A stretch of DNA of 64,000 bases from an uncultured Acidobacteriota bacterium (lineage in GTDB: Bacteria > Acidobacteriota > Vicinamibacteria > Vicinamibacterales > JAFNAJ01): NCBI GenBank assembly GCA_963697285.1, contig CAVONI010000001.1, forward strand, positions 320,812-384,811, given 5' to 3'. Shown here piece by piece: positions 30,086-40,841 of the stretch (positions are counted from its first letter, which is position 1; each line of letters begins with the position of its first letter). The position numbers and the translations under genes are program-made. A model generated the notes under the pieces. The model was given only the letters and a program-made list of their open reading frames with translations. It was not told where the DNA came from and ran no database searches.

Positions 30086-30778
30086 CTAGCGCGGCGATGT
30101 CTTGCAGGTGATCGAAATCCCCGACCAGCTCGCACGGTTGATCGTCGTCCGCCCGTCGGTGAGGCGGTCGAGCGCGGCGAGGAAATCCCTGGCTCCGCCG
30201 CCGCGCATCGCGACATTGTGCGCCGTGAAGCAGCCGCCGGGGGCGACCTTGGGCCACACGGCCGCAAGGTAGTTCGGGTACCACTCCTTGTCGGCATCCG
30301 AGAACACGAAGTCCCATGGGCCCTGCAGGGTGCGCGTCAGCTCGTGGGCATCGCCCAGGCGGGCGTCGATGTAGCGCTCGAGGCCCGCGGCCTTGAAGTG
30401 CGCCACCGCCTCGCGGTGACGCTGCGGATCGATCTCGAGCGTGGTCAGGCGCCCGCCCGTCTTGCTCAGGGCCCACGCGATCCAGATGCCGGAGTGCCCC
30501 GTGGACGTGCCGATCTCGAGCGCCCGCGTGAACCGGTGCTCGAGGATGAGGTCGTGCAACGTCTGACCATCGACGGCATCGACGTTCATGTCACGCCACG
30601 TTCCCCGGCGCGCATCGAGATAGGCCCGCACGCGCGCGTCGAGATCCGGCGTCGCCGTGGCCTGGTCGCCGGCAGCGCCGGCGCTGCCCCGGGCAGCGTG
30701 ATGCGGCGGGCCTGCCGTGATCAGCACCGCGATTGCGAGCGATAGGCCCAGGACGAATGAGTTCGCATGGAACCGCAT
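30086..30778 (-). CDS. class I SAM-dependent O-methyltransferase (caffeoyl-CoA OMT-like) with signal peptide
   Basis: ATG at 30778. The sequence is MRFHANSFVLGLSLAIAVLITA, then ALEIGTSTGHSGIWIAWAL...LTTLEID...DFVFSDADKEWY. Confidence 0.8.
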   Translation of the reverse strand: MRFHANSFVLGLSLAIAVLITAGPPHHAARGSAGAAGDQATATPDLDARVRAYLDARRGTWRDMNVDAVDGQTLHDLILEHRFTRALEIGTSTGHSGIWIAWALSKTGGRLTTLEIDPQRHREAVAHFKAAGLERYIDARLGDAHELTRTLQGPWDFVFSDADKEWYPNYLAAVWPKVAPGGCFTAHNVAMRGGGARDFLAALDRLTDGRTTINRASWSGISITCKTSPR

Positions 30779-31076
30779 GGACGCTCCTCCGAACGCGATC
30801 GTGTCGCGTCGCGCTAGTCTAGCGCGCCACCAGGCGCATGGCGTCGCGGCGGCCGGCCCGACGCTCGTCATCCGGCGTGCCGGGCGCAGCCGGAGCGGTC
30901 GTCATGCCCAGGGGGCAACGGCGCGGGCCGACTTTCGTCCACATACCCATTCTGGTAGGTTCACCCGTGCGGACCGCCGGCCGGGCGCTCACCCACGCGG
31001 GTGGCATGACTCTTCACGCCCTGGCCGCCGAGGGCGCGGCGTGTGCCGCAGGCGGTCTGAGAGGCCTGCCGTGACC

Positions 31077-33925
<2,849 letters not shown>

Positions 33926-33928
33926 TCA

Positions 33929-34102
33929 GTGATCGCGCGGTGCTTCCTGACCGAGGCGCAACTCGTGTCGGAACTCGGCGCCGCCGGGTTCGCACCCGAC
34001 CCTGCCGTGCCCCTCAGGGAACTCAACCTGCCGCGTCCGGGCACGCTGCGTTCGGGAGGCGCGCCGGTCATCTTCGAGGGCGCTTTCCGCCTTGGCGACT
34101 GA
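33929..34102 (+). pseudogene. possible remnant of a methyltransferase C-terminus
   Basis: The frame right after the ATPase stop reads VIARCFLTEAQLVSELGAAGFAPDP...VIFEGAFRLGD. This resembles the F-T-x-x-EL-x-x-L-x-x-AGF tail of class I methyltransferases. No upstream domain is present. Confidence 0.2.
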
Positions 34103-34256
34103 CCTCACGAGAGCGCCGCGTCGCTGCGGGCTCGACGGCGCCATCGAGGCGACGGAACTCAGGCTGCAGAGCTGAGAAAGGTATAAACTCGTGAGGCTGA
34201 ACGGGTGTCCACCCGTTCTGCGCGACGACCGAGTTCCCGTAACGGAGGAACAACCA

Positions 34257-34769
34257 ATGTCTGACACGATGACCCTTCCACGCCGCCGGGCGGCCCTCGG
34301 CATGGCCCTCGGGCTGATCGCTGCGGCGACGCCGCTTCGCGCCCAGGGGGCGAAGCCGAGCCCCGAGGTGGAAGCGTTGAAGGCGCTGCTCGACGCGCAC
34401 GACAAGGCGTTCACGGCGCACGATATGAAGGGCGTGCTCGCGCTGTTTGCGCCCAATGCGACCATCCTGGGCACGGGCCCGGGCGAGATTTGGGGTGGCC
34501 ACGAGGAGATTGCGGTCGCCTACAGCCACTTCTTCGAGGACTTCGATCCCGGCAAGCAGACGGTCGAAGCGCTGTGGCGCGACGGTCACGTGCTCGGCGA
34601 CATGGCCTGGCTGATGACGTCCACCAAGGTCACCATGACGAAGGGGGCGACGGTCGTCGAGGTCGGGCTCAACCTTTCGGTCACGTTCGAGAAGATCGCG
34701 GGCAAGTGGCTCGTCCGCACCATGCACTTCTCGAACCTCACCGGCGGCGCGCCGCCAGAGAAGAAGTAG
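34257..34769 (+). CDS. SnoaL-like / NTF2-fold (DUF4440-like) protein with twin-arginine signal
   Basis: ATG 34257 follows GGAGGA. The Tat-like signal is MSDTMTLPRRRAALGMALGLIAAATPLRAQG. The NTF2-like body is ALLDAHDKAFTAHDMKGVLALFAPNA...KWLVRTMHFS. The gene ends 7 nt before the precursor gene. Confidence 0.7.
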   Translation: MSDTMTLPRRRAALGMALGLIAAATPLRAQGAKPSPEVEALKALLDAHDKAFTAHDMKGVLALFAPNATILGTGPGEIWGGHEEIAVAYSHFFEDFDPGKQTVEALWRDGHVLGDMAWLMTSTKVTMTKGATVVEVGLNLSVTFEKIAGKWLVRTMHFSNLTGGAPPEKK

Positions 34770-34776
34770 GACCGTC

Positions 34777-35151
34777 ATGGACGACACGCGCGACGACTTC
34801 CTTCCCGAGCCGGTCGACGAGGCCCGGCGCGAGTTCCTGCAAGGCGTCAAGTCCTGGTCGGCGGCCGTCGCCACGCTCGCGCTCGGCGGCTCGTTCGTGG
34901 CCGTGAGCACGCGGCCGGCTTCCGCGTGGGTCAACAGCAGCGCCACGTGGGTCAACACGCGAGGCGGCTGGATCAACAAGGCCGGGGCGTGGGTCAACAA
35001 GGCCGGCGCGTGGGTCAACGGCGCCGGCGGTTGGGTGAACAGGGCCGGCGGCGGCGGTTCCGCCGGCTGGGTGAACAAGGCCGGTGGCGGCAGCACTGCC
35101 GGCTGGGTGAACAAGCGTGGCGGCGGCGGCGCTGCCTGGGTGAACCGATAG
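34777..35151 (+). CDS. RiPP precursor candidate: Tat-leader peptide with nine W-[V/I]-N motifs in a Gly-rich repeat (GRRM/triceptide-like)
   Basis: 124 aa. The leader MDDTRDDFLPEPVDEARREFLQGVKSWSAAVATLALGGSFVAVSTRPASA has an RREFL twin-arginine motif and an A-S-A cleavage site. The core is WVNSSATWVNTRGGWINKAGAWVNKAGAWVNGAGGWVNRAGGGGSAGWVNKAGGGSTAGWVNKRGGGGAAWVNR. A radical SAM/SPASM gene lies 0.8 kb downstream. Confidence 0.75.
   Translation: MDDTRDDFLPEPVDEARREFLQGVKSWSAAVATLALGGSFVAVSTRPASAWVNSSATWVNTRGGWINKAGAWVNKAGAWVNGAGGWVNRAGGGGSAGWVNKAGGGSTAGWVNKRGGGGAAWVNR
34927..35148 (+). repeat. coding repeat: nine TGGGT(C/G)AAC / TGGATCAAC (W-V/I-N) units with 21-39 nt spacing
   Basis: Direct reading of the core region. 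Spacers lengthen and become Gly-rich towards the 3' end. Confidence 0.9.
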
Positions 35152-35186
35152 CTCCGGACGACGAGCCGTTCTCAACAGTCGTCAGC

Positions 35187-35947
35187 GTGCCAGTGGTGTG
35201 CGCGGCAGACCATGGACAGGGCGCGCTCATCCTGCGCGTCACGAATCCCGGGGATGTGCCTCGCGTTGCGGATGTCGATCCGCGGCGCGTCGTCTGGGTC
35301 GAGACCCCAGTTGGGCTTGCCGGCAGTGACTGGCCGCCCGGCATCGGGCTCGACCTGCGCGTGGTGGAGCCCGGGACAGAGGCCGCGTTGCTCTACGCGG
35401 TCGCGCACGTCGCGAACGAGCGCCCGCTTCGCGTGACGATTCCGGTCGAGCGCGGAGTGGCGAAGGCTGCCCGCGTGGCGATGGCCCTCCACCTGCCTGT
35501 GCGCCTGGCGGCGCAGCAACCAACGCCTGCGGCAGTCGCCGAACTCGCGTCCGTCCTCGAGGCGTACCTGCACGACTCACAGGCGACCGAGCCGGTCGAG
35601 TTCTTCCACTCGGCCCTCGCCCACGACGTCCACGGCGTGCCCACGACGCTGTGGATGGCCGTGGAGCGTGACCCGGCGTTCCACCAGAGGATGGCAGAGG
35701 ACGGGACTGCCGACCCGCGGGAACCCCCGCCAGACGAGGGCTTCGTTGCCGCGCACCTCTCCGGCGTTGACCGCGGCCGGGGCGGCGTGCGCGACGTGCC
35801 GTTTTCGCGACTTCTGTAGCGGGTTACTTCAAGTGGCCGGATCCCGCGTACGATTGCGGGCCGGTCATCGAACTGCTCGAGCAACTCCGGGCCGCCTCGG
35901 GTCAGCTCGCGCGCGACCTCGACGAAGCAGGGCCGGTGCAGACGTGA
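35187..35947 (+). CDS. rSAM-partner protein with C-terminal CxxCx5C Cys cluster (frame broken about twice)
   Basis: Frame 0 runs from GTG 35187/35193/35196 (VPVVCAADHGQGALILRVTNPG...EGFVAAHLSGVD). Frame 1 then reads AAGAACATCRFRDFCSG. Frame 2 then reads YFKWPDPAYDCGPVIELLEQLRAASGQLARDLDEAGPVQT. The frame-2 stop overlaps the rSAM GTG (GTGA at 35944-35947). Frame 2 has no start codon of its own. Confidence 0.5.
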
Positions 35948-37078
35948 CCGGGCCGCCGCTCAGCCTCATCCTGCTGCCGACGCTCGACTGCAACGTCGCC
36001 TGCGACTACTGCTTCGAGGAGAAGGCGCGCATCTCGCTGTCGCACGATGCAGCTGTCGCAGCTCACCGGCAGGATCCTCGATTACATGGCCGAGCGCGGG
36101 ACGACGCGGGCGGAGCTGTACTGGCAGGGCGGCGAGGCGCTGCTGATGGGCCACGCGTGGTTCGAGCGCGCCTTCGAGACGATGGGGCAGGCCGCGGCGC
36201 AGCGCGGCCTCGTGTTCCATCACTCGCTGCAGACCAACCTGATCGGCTACGGGCCGCACTGGAACGCGATCCTGCGCACGATGTTCGACGGCTCGGTCGG
36301 CACGTCGATGGACGTTCCGAATCGTCACCGCCGGCTGAAGAACGGGAGCACCGAACGCTACACCGAGGTGTGGCTCCGATCGGTGCGACAGGCCCGCGAG
36401 GCCGGGCTGAAGGTCGGCGTGATCGCGGTGCTCCACGCGGGCAGCCTCGACATCGGGGCGCGCGAGTTCCTGTCGTTCTTCACGCAGCAGGCCGGCATCG
36501 ACGACCTCCAGGTGAACCTGCCCTTCCCGGGCGGGCCGGGGCAGGGGGGCGACACGCTGGCGCCCGAGGCGCTGACCCGTTTCCTGATCGAACTCCTGGA
36601 CGCCTGGATGGAGACCGGCGCCGACCGTGGCGTCCGCCTCGGTCCGTTCGACGCGCTCCTCGACGCGTTCTCGGGCCGCCAGGCGCAACTGCCCTGCATC
36701 TGGCAGCCGAACTGTGCGAACGAGTTCGCGGCGATCGATGCGCGCGGCTCGGTGGCGCTCTGCGACTGCTGGGTCACCAGCTATCCCGAGCACCGCTTCG
36801 GCAATGTCTTCGGCACATCGAGCCTCTCCGAAATGCTGGGCGCGAGCCCCGCGCGCCAGGCATTCCTCGATCGGCCGGCGCACCTCGTGGATCACGACGA
36901 CTGCGGATCCTGCGCGCACCTGTCGCTGTGTCATGGCGGTTGTCCGGTTCGCACCTTCGCGGCCACCGGCACGATCCTCGCGAAGGACCCTTATTGCGAG
37001 GTCTACAAGGCGCTCTTCACGGAGTGCCGCGAGCGAGCGGCGGCGACCGTGCGGCGGCGCCATGCCGCCCTGTCATGA
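35944..37078 (+). CDS. radical SAM/SPASM domain peptide-modifying enzyme, interrupted by one frameshift near 36046
   Basis: The CX3CX2C motif LDCNVACDYCFEE (35989-36012) is in frame 1. The remainder (MQLSQLTGRILDYMAERG...YWQGGEALL...) is in frame 2 (ORF 36047..37078). It carries the SPASM motif CGSCAHLSLCHGGC plus upstream and downstream Cys residues. Confidence 0.85.
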
Positions 37079-37117
37079 GCTGATAGCCAGTCCCGATACG
37101 GGCGTTTCACGATACTG

Positions 37118-37861
37118 TTGCGCCAGACAGCAGGGAGGTTCGCCATCGGCCAGCGCTTCGAGACCACCCACTGGAGCGTCGTGCGGGCAGCGCAGACCGC
37201 TGACACGCAGCGGCGTCGCGACGCGCTCGGGGTGTTGTGCGATGCCTACTGGCCGCCCATCTACGCCTTCCTCAGGCGGCGGGGCCTGTCACCGGAGGAC
37301 GCGGCCGACCTCACGCAGGCCTTCTTCCTCCACCTCGTCGAATCGCAGCGGCTCGCGAACGTCGATCCGGCACTCGGCCGATTCCGCTCGTTCCTGCTCG
37401 CCTCGGTGAAGAACTTCGTCGCCAACGAGTGGGATCGCGAGCGCGCGCAGAAGCGCGGTGGACACATGGCCCGCGTGGCCTTCGACCCCGACGCGCTCGA
37501 ACGCCGCTACAAGGCACTGCACCGTGACGATCTCGACCCCGAGCGCCTGTTCGACCGGCATTGGGCGCACATCGTCCTGGAGCGCGCCGTCGATCGCCTC
37601 CGCGCCCAGCAGGAACGCGCCGGCAAGGAACGCGAGTTCGCGCTGCTGCGCACGTTCCTGACGTCGGACGCGGGTGGGGAGCGTGCCTACCGCGAGGTGG
37701 CCGCGGAACTCGGCGCGACCGAACCGGCGGTGCGGACCGCCGTGCACCGCTTGCGGTTGAAGTACGGGACGTGCCTGCGCGAGGAGATCGCCGAGACGGT
37801 CAGCGATGCCGTCGCTGCCGACGCGGAACTCCGTCACGTCCTGATCGTGGCCGCCGCGTGA
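37118..37861 (+). CDS. ECF-type RNA polymerase sigma factor
   Basis: The N-terminus is FETTHWSVVRAAQ. Region 2 reads LCDAYWPPIYAFLRRRGLSPEDAADLTQAFF. Region 4 reads YREVAAELGATEPAVRTAVHRLRLKY. The start codon is uncertain (TTG 37118; a GGAGG lies at 37134-37138). The gene is convergent with the Ser/Thr kinase gene. Confidence 0.8.
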   Translation: MRQTAGRFAIGQRFETTHWSVVRAAQTADTQRRRDALGVLCDAYWPPIYAFLRRRGLSPEDAADLTQAFFLHLVESQRLANVDPALGRFRSFLLASVKNFVANEWDRERAQKRGGHMARVAFDPDALERRYKALHRDDLDPERLFDRHWAHIVLERAVDRLRAQQERAGKEREFALLRTFLTSDAGGERAYREVAAELGATEPAVRTAVHRLRLKYGTCLREEIAETVSDAVAADAELRHVLIVAAA

Positions 37862-37954
37862 CGCGGGGGAGCCGCGCCCGGCTCACCCTTCGACTCAGTC
37901 TTGTTGAGTGCAGGTCGGTGTCGGTACGGCATCAACACACGTGCGCTCAGGGTT

Positions 37955-40741
37955 TCAGGCGGCGATGGCCCGCGTGAAGCGCTCGAGGAACTCGTGCGCC
38001 GACTGCGGCCGGCTGGCCACGTCGTCGGCGAGGGCGGCAGCGACAAAGACCGCGAGCGCCGCACTGAGCCGCCGTGGCGTGTGCACCACCGGATAGGTCC
38101 CTGTGGTGAGCTCCGCGTCGCGCTGGTGGTTGGCCAGACCGCGCGGTCGCGAGCCCGTCAGCATCTCGGCCGTCATCACCCCGAGCGCCCAGAGGTCCCA
38201 CAACGGCGATGTCTCCTCGCCGGCCAGTTGCTCGGGCGACATGTACGCCAGCGAGCCGACGATCACATCGGCGTGTGTGCGCGGCGTGGTCACCGACGAT
38301 GACCCCGCAAGGACCTTGGCGATGCCGAAGTCGAGCAGTTTCGTCACCTCGTGATCGGTCGAACGCGCGAGGAAGACATTCTCGGGCTTCAGGTCGCGGT
38401 GCACGAGGCGTCGGCTGTGGGCCTCCTCCAGGACGTGGCAGATGTCACTGACCACGCGCGAGGCACGCGGCACGTCGAGCGCGCCGTCGCGGGAAATGGC
38501 GTCGCGCAACGTGCGGCCTTCAAGGCATTCCATCAGCAGGAACGCGCGCCCGCTGCGCGTGACGCCGACGTCGTAGACCGTCACGACGTTGGGATGCGTG
38601 AAGCTCGCCGCCACCTGCGCCTCGCGCCTGAATCGCTCGGCGGCGTCGCTGCTGCCCACGAGGTGATCCCCGATCACCTTCACCGCCACCTGGCGGACGA
38701 GGGCCTCGTCGCGTGCGCGGTAGACGCGCCCCATGCCGCCGGCGCCGATGCGGGCTTCGAACCGATACCGCCCCGCGAGTACCGGCGGCAGATCGTTGAC
38801 CATCAGCAGCACGCCGTCGTGCGGGCACCGCGCGAGGGTGGTATCGAAACAGGCGCCGCAGTCAGGACACTCGGCCAGCGACGCGTCACCTTCGTCCGGC
38901 ATCGACGTCGGCGTCGCCGACACCGCGCGATCGAGCAGGAGGCCAAGGCTCGCGGCGATCGCCTCGAGCAGCGCGATGTCGTCGCGCGTGTAGGGCTCCT
39001 CTGACCGCTTCGGCCCGAGCGCCAGCAGCACCTCGCGCCCGGCCTCGACCGTCACGGGGACGACCAGTTCCACCTCGGCGTCGAACACGGCGTGTGACTC
39101 GTCGGCGGTCAGGTGCTGCGTAATCCACGTGTCGTGATCGGGCGATAGCTGGAGGGCCGATCCCGTGGCACGCGCAAGTCCGACCAGCGTCCAGCCCGGC
39201 GCCGGGGCGAACTGCCGGGGAAACGATGGCGTCGCCGCGAGGATGGCAAAGGGACCGGTGTCACCACGGTGCGCGAGCGCACCGACGAACGCCGGTTGCA
39301 GGGCGGCAGCCACTTCATCGACCACGTGCGCGGCGGCGCCGGCAGGATCAGTGGCCGTGCGCAGCCGGGCGGCCACGCTGTGCAGGACCTGCTCGGCCCG
39401 GTGACGTTCGCGGAAGAAGCGGCGATCGAGCTCGTCGAGCCATCGGCGCCGGTTGACGAGCGTCACCCCGAGCGCTCCCGCGAGCAATGCGTAGAGCCAT
39501 CCCCGTGCCTGCAGCAGTGGGCCGATCGGCTGGTCGTGGCGCAGCAGGATGTCGGCCATCAGCGCGACCGCCAGCACGGGCACGAGGCCGATCAGGAGCC
39601 GTCGCGCCAGCGCGTAGCGCACGCCCTGGCGCAGGATCGACCCGACATCGAACACGCGTTGCCGCAGCACCACGTACGCCACAGAAAGCGGGAAGGGCAG
39701 CAACATCAACACGCCCGCCAGCGTCAGCGGCGAGTGGAACAGGCCGCTCGTCACCTGCGATGAGCTGCCGAGCCAGAATTCCGTTTCGACCAGGGCGGCC
39801 GCCAACGCGCCAATGGTTGCGCCTGCCAGGAGCAGGCGCAGGCGGCGCACCTCGGCAGGCTCGTGCAGTCGGCGGTACTGGGCGACCAGCATCACCAATC
39901 CGCCGGCCGAATAGGCAGTCGTGAGCGCGACCATGTGCGGCATCCAGTCGCGGCCCGTGAGGGTGCGCGCCTCGAGCTGCACGGCGATGTACCCGAACGC
40001 GACGTGCCAGGCCAGGATGATCGCCCCGGGGACGCACAGGAGGGGCACGGCCCACGGGCGGTCGCGCAGGAGCGGCTGCGGAAACCGGGCACTGAACAGG
40101 AAGAAGAGCATCGGGCCTGCCATGCTGCACAGGAAGGGCAGCCACATGGCCCACTCGAGCGGTGCGGGAAGGCTCCGCCAGTAGCGGGCGAAGCCGAAGG
40201 GCAGGACGATGGTGAAGACCGCGAGGCTGCCGAGCAACAGCGCCGCGAGTCCCGCAAGCCAGTTGCCGGGGCGCCTGACCGCGACCATCACGCCGAGGGC
40301 GAGACACAGCGCCTGCACGAGCCGGGCGAACCAGAGGGCGAGGCTCTTGCTCTCGAGCGACTCCCAGCGACGTTGCACCGCCGACTCGATGCGCGTCGAG
40401 AACACGGCGCCGTCGCGCGTCACGTCGATTGCGATGGGACCGCCCGTGAGGTTCGCGTCCACCGCCATCCAGTCGAGGCGCGTCATCACGCGACGCTCCG
40501 CGTACGACCGCACGCGGTCGCCCGGCTTGATGCCCGCCTGCGCGGCGGGAGAGCCGGCCGTCACGCCGGCAACCAGCACGCCCGCCTCGTCGAAGGCGAT
40601 GTGCAGTCCGGTGGGGGTGCGCTGGAAGAGGTCGGCGTAGAGGAGGACGCCGAAGTAGAGCAGGAACGCGCCGATGACGGCGTAGACCCATGCAGCTGGA
40701 CGTGGCCGCCTGGTGCCGCGGGGGCGTGGTCGCTCAGGCAT
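37955..40741 (-). CDS. membrane Ser/Thr protein kinase with PDZ, polytopic TM, GAF-like and zinc-ribbon-like regions
   Basis: 928 aa. It has a PDZ-like AGSPAAQAGIKPGDRV, about 8 hydrophobic segments, a GAF-like region and CPDCGACFDTTLARCPHDG. The C-terminal kinase has GAGGMGRVYRA, VAVKVI, HRDLKPENVF, DFGIAK and YMSPEQ. Confidence 0.9.
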   Translation of the reverse strand: MPERPRPRGTRRPRPAAWVYAVIGAFLLYFGVLLYADLFQRTPTGLHIAFDEAGVLVAGVTAGSPAAQAGIKPGDRVRSYAERRVMTRLDWMAVDANLTGGPIAIDVTRDGAVFSTRIESAVQRRWESLESKSLALWFARLVQALCLALGVMVAVRRPGNWLAGLAALLLGSLAVFTIVLPFGFARYWRSLPAPLEWAMWLPFLCSMAGPMLFFLFSARFPQPLLRDRPWAVPLLCVPGAIILAWHVAFGYIAVQLEARTLTGRDWMPHMVALTTAYSAGGLVMLVAQYRRLHEPAEVRRLRLLLAGATIGALAAALVETEFWLGSSSQVTSGLFHSPLTLAGVLMLLPFPLSVAYVVLRQRVFDVGSILRQGVRYALARRLLIGLVPVLAVALMADILLRHDQPIGPLLQARGWLYALLAGALGVTLVNRRRWLDELDRRFFRERHRAEQVLHSVAARLRTATDPAGAAAHVVDEVAAALQPAFVGALAHRGDTGPFAILAATPSFPRQFAPAPGWTLVGLARATGSALQLSPDHDTWITQHLTADESHAVFDAEVELVVPVTVEAGREVLLALGPKRSEEPYTRDDIALLEAIAASLGLLLDRAVSATPTSMPDEGDASLAECPDCGACFDTTLARCPHDGVLLMVNDLPPVLAGRYRFEARIGAGGMGRVYRARDEALVRQVAVKVIGDHLVGSSDAAERFRREAQVAASFTHPNVVTVYDVGVTRSGRAFLLMECLEGRTLRDAISRDGALDVPRASRVVSDICHVLEEAHSRRLVHRDLKPENVFLARSTDHEVTKLLDFGIAKVLAGSSSVTTPRTHADVIVGSLAYMSPEQLAGEETSPLWDLWALGVMTAEMLTGSRPRGLANHQRDAELTTGTYPVVHTPRRLSAALAVFVAAALADDVASRPQSAHEFLERFTRAIAA

Positions 40742-40841
40742 GGTCCACCGGCATCACGGGCCGCACCTCCAGCAGAAGCGTGCGGCCCAATCATACCGGA
40801 GTCTGTCGGCGGCAACGCGGCGTGCGCGTTCGCGTCGCGGC

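Noticed and set aside
33926-34474. 182-aa minus-strand ORF between the ATPase and the SnoaL-like gene
   Set aside because: It has a Ser/Ala/Arg-rich composition and no motifs. It overlaps the start of the well-supported plus-strand SnoaL-like gene and its RBS.
34068-35114. 348-aa minus-strand ORF (MFTQPAVLPPPALFTQPAEPPPPALFTQP...) covering the precursor and SnoaL-like genes
   Set aside because: It is the antisense shadow of the W-V-N/Gly repeat (GTTCACCCA read backwards gives FTQP) and of a real plus-strand gene. It has no start context or domain, and the plus-strand genes have RBS, signal peptides and operon logic.
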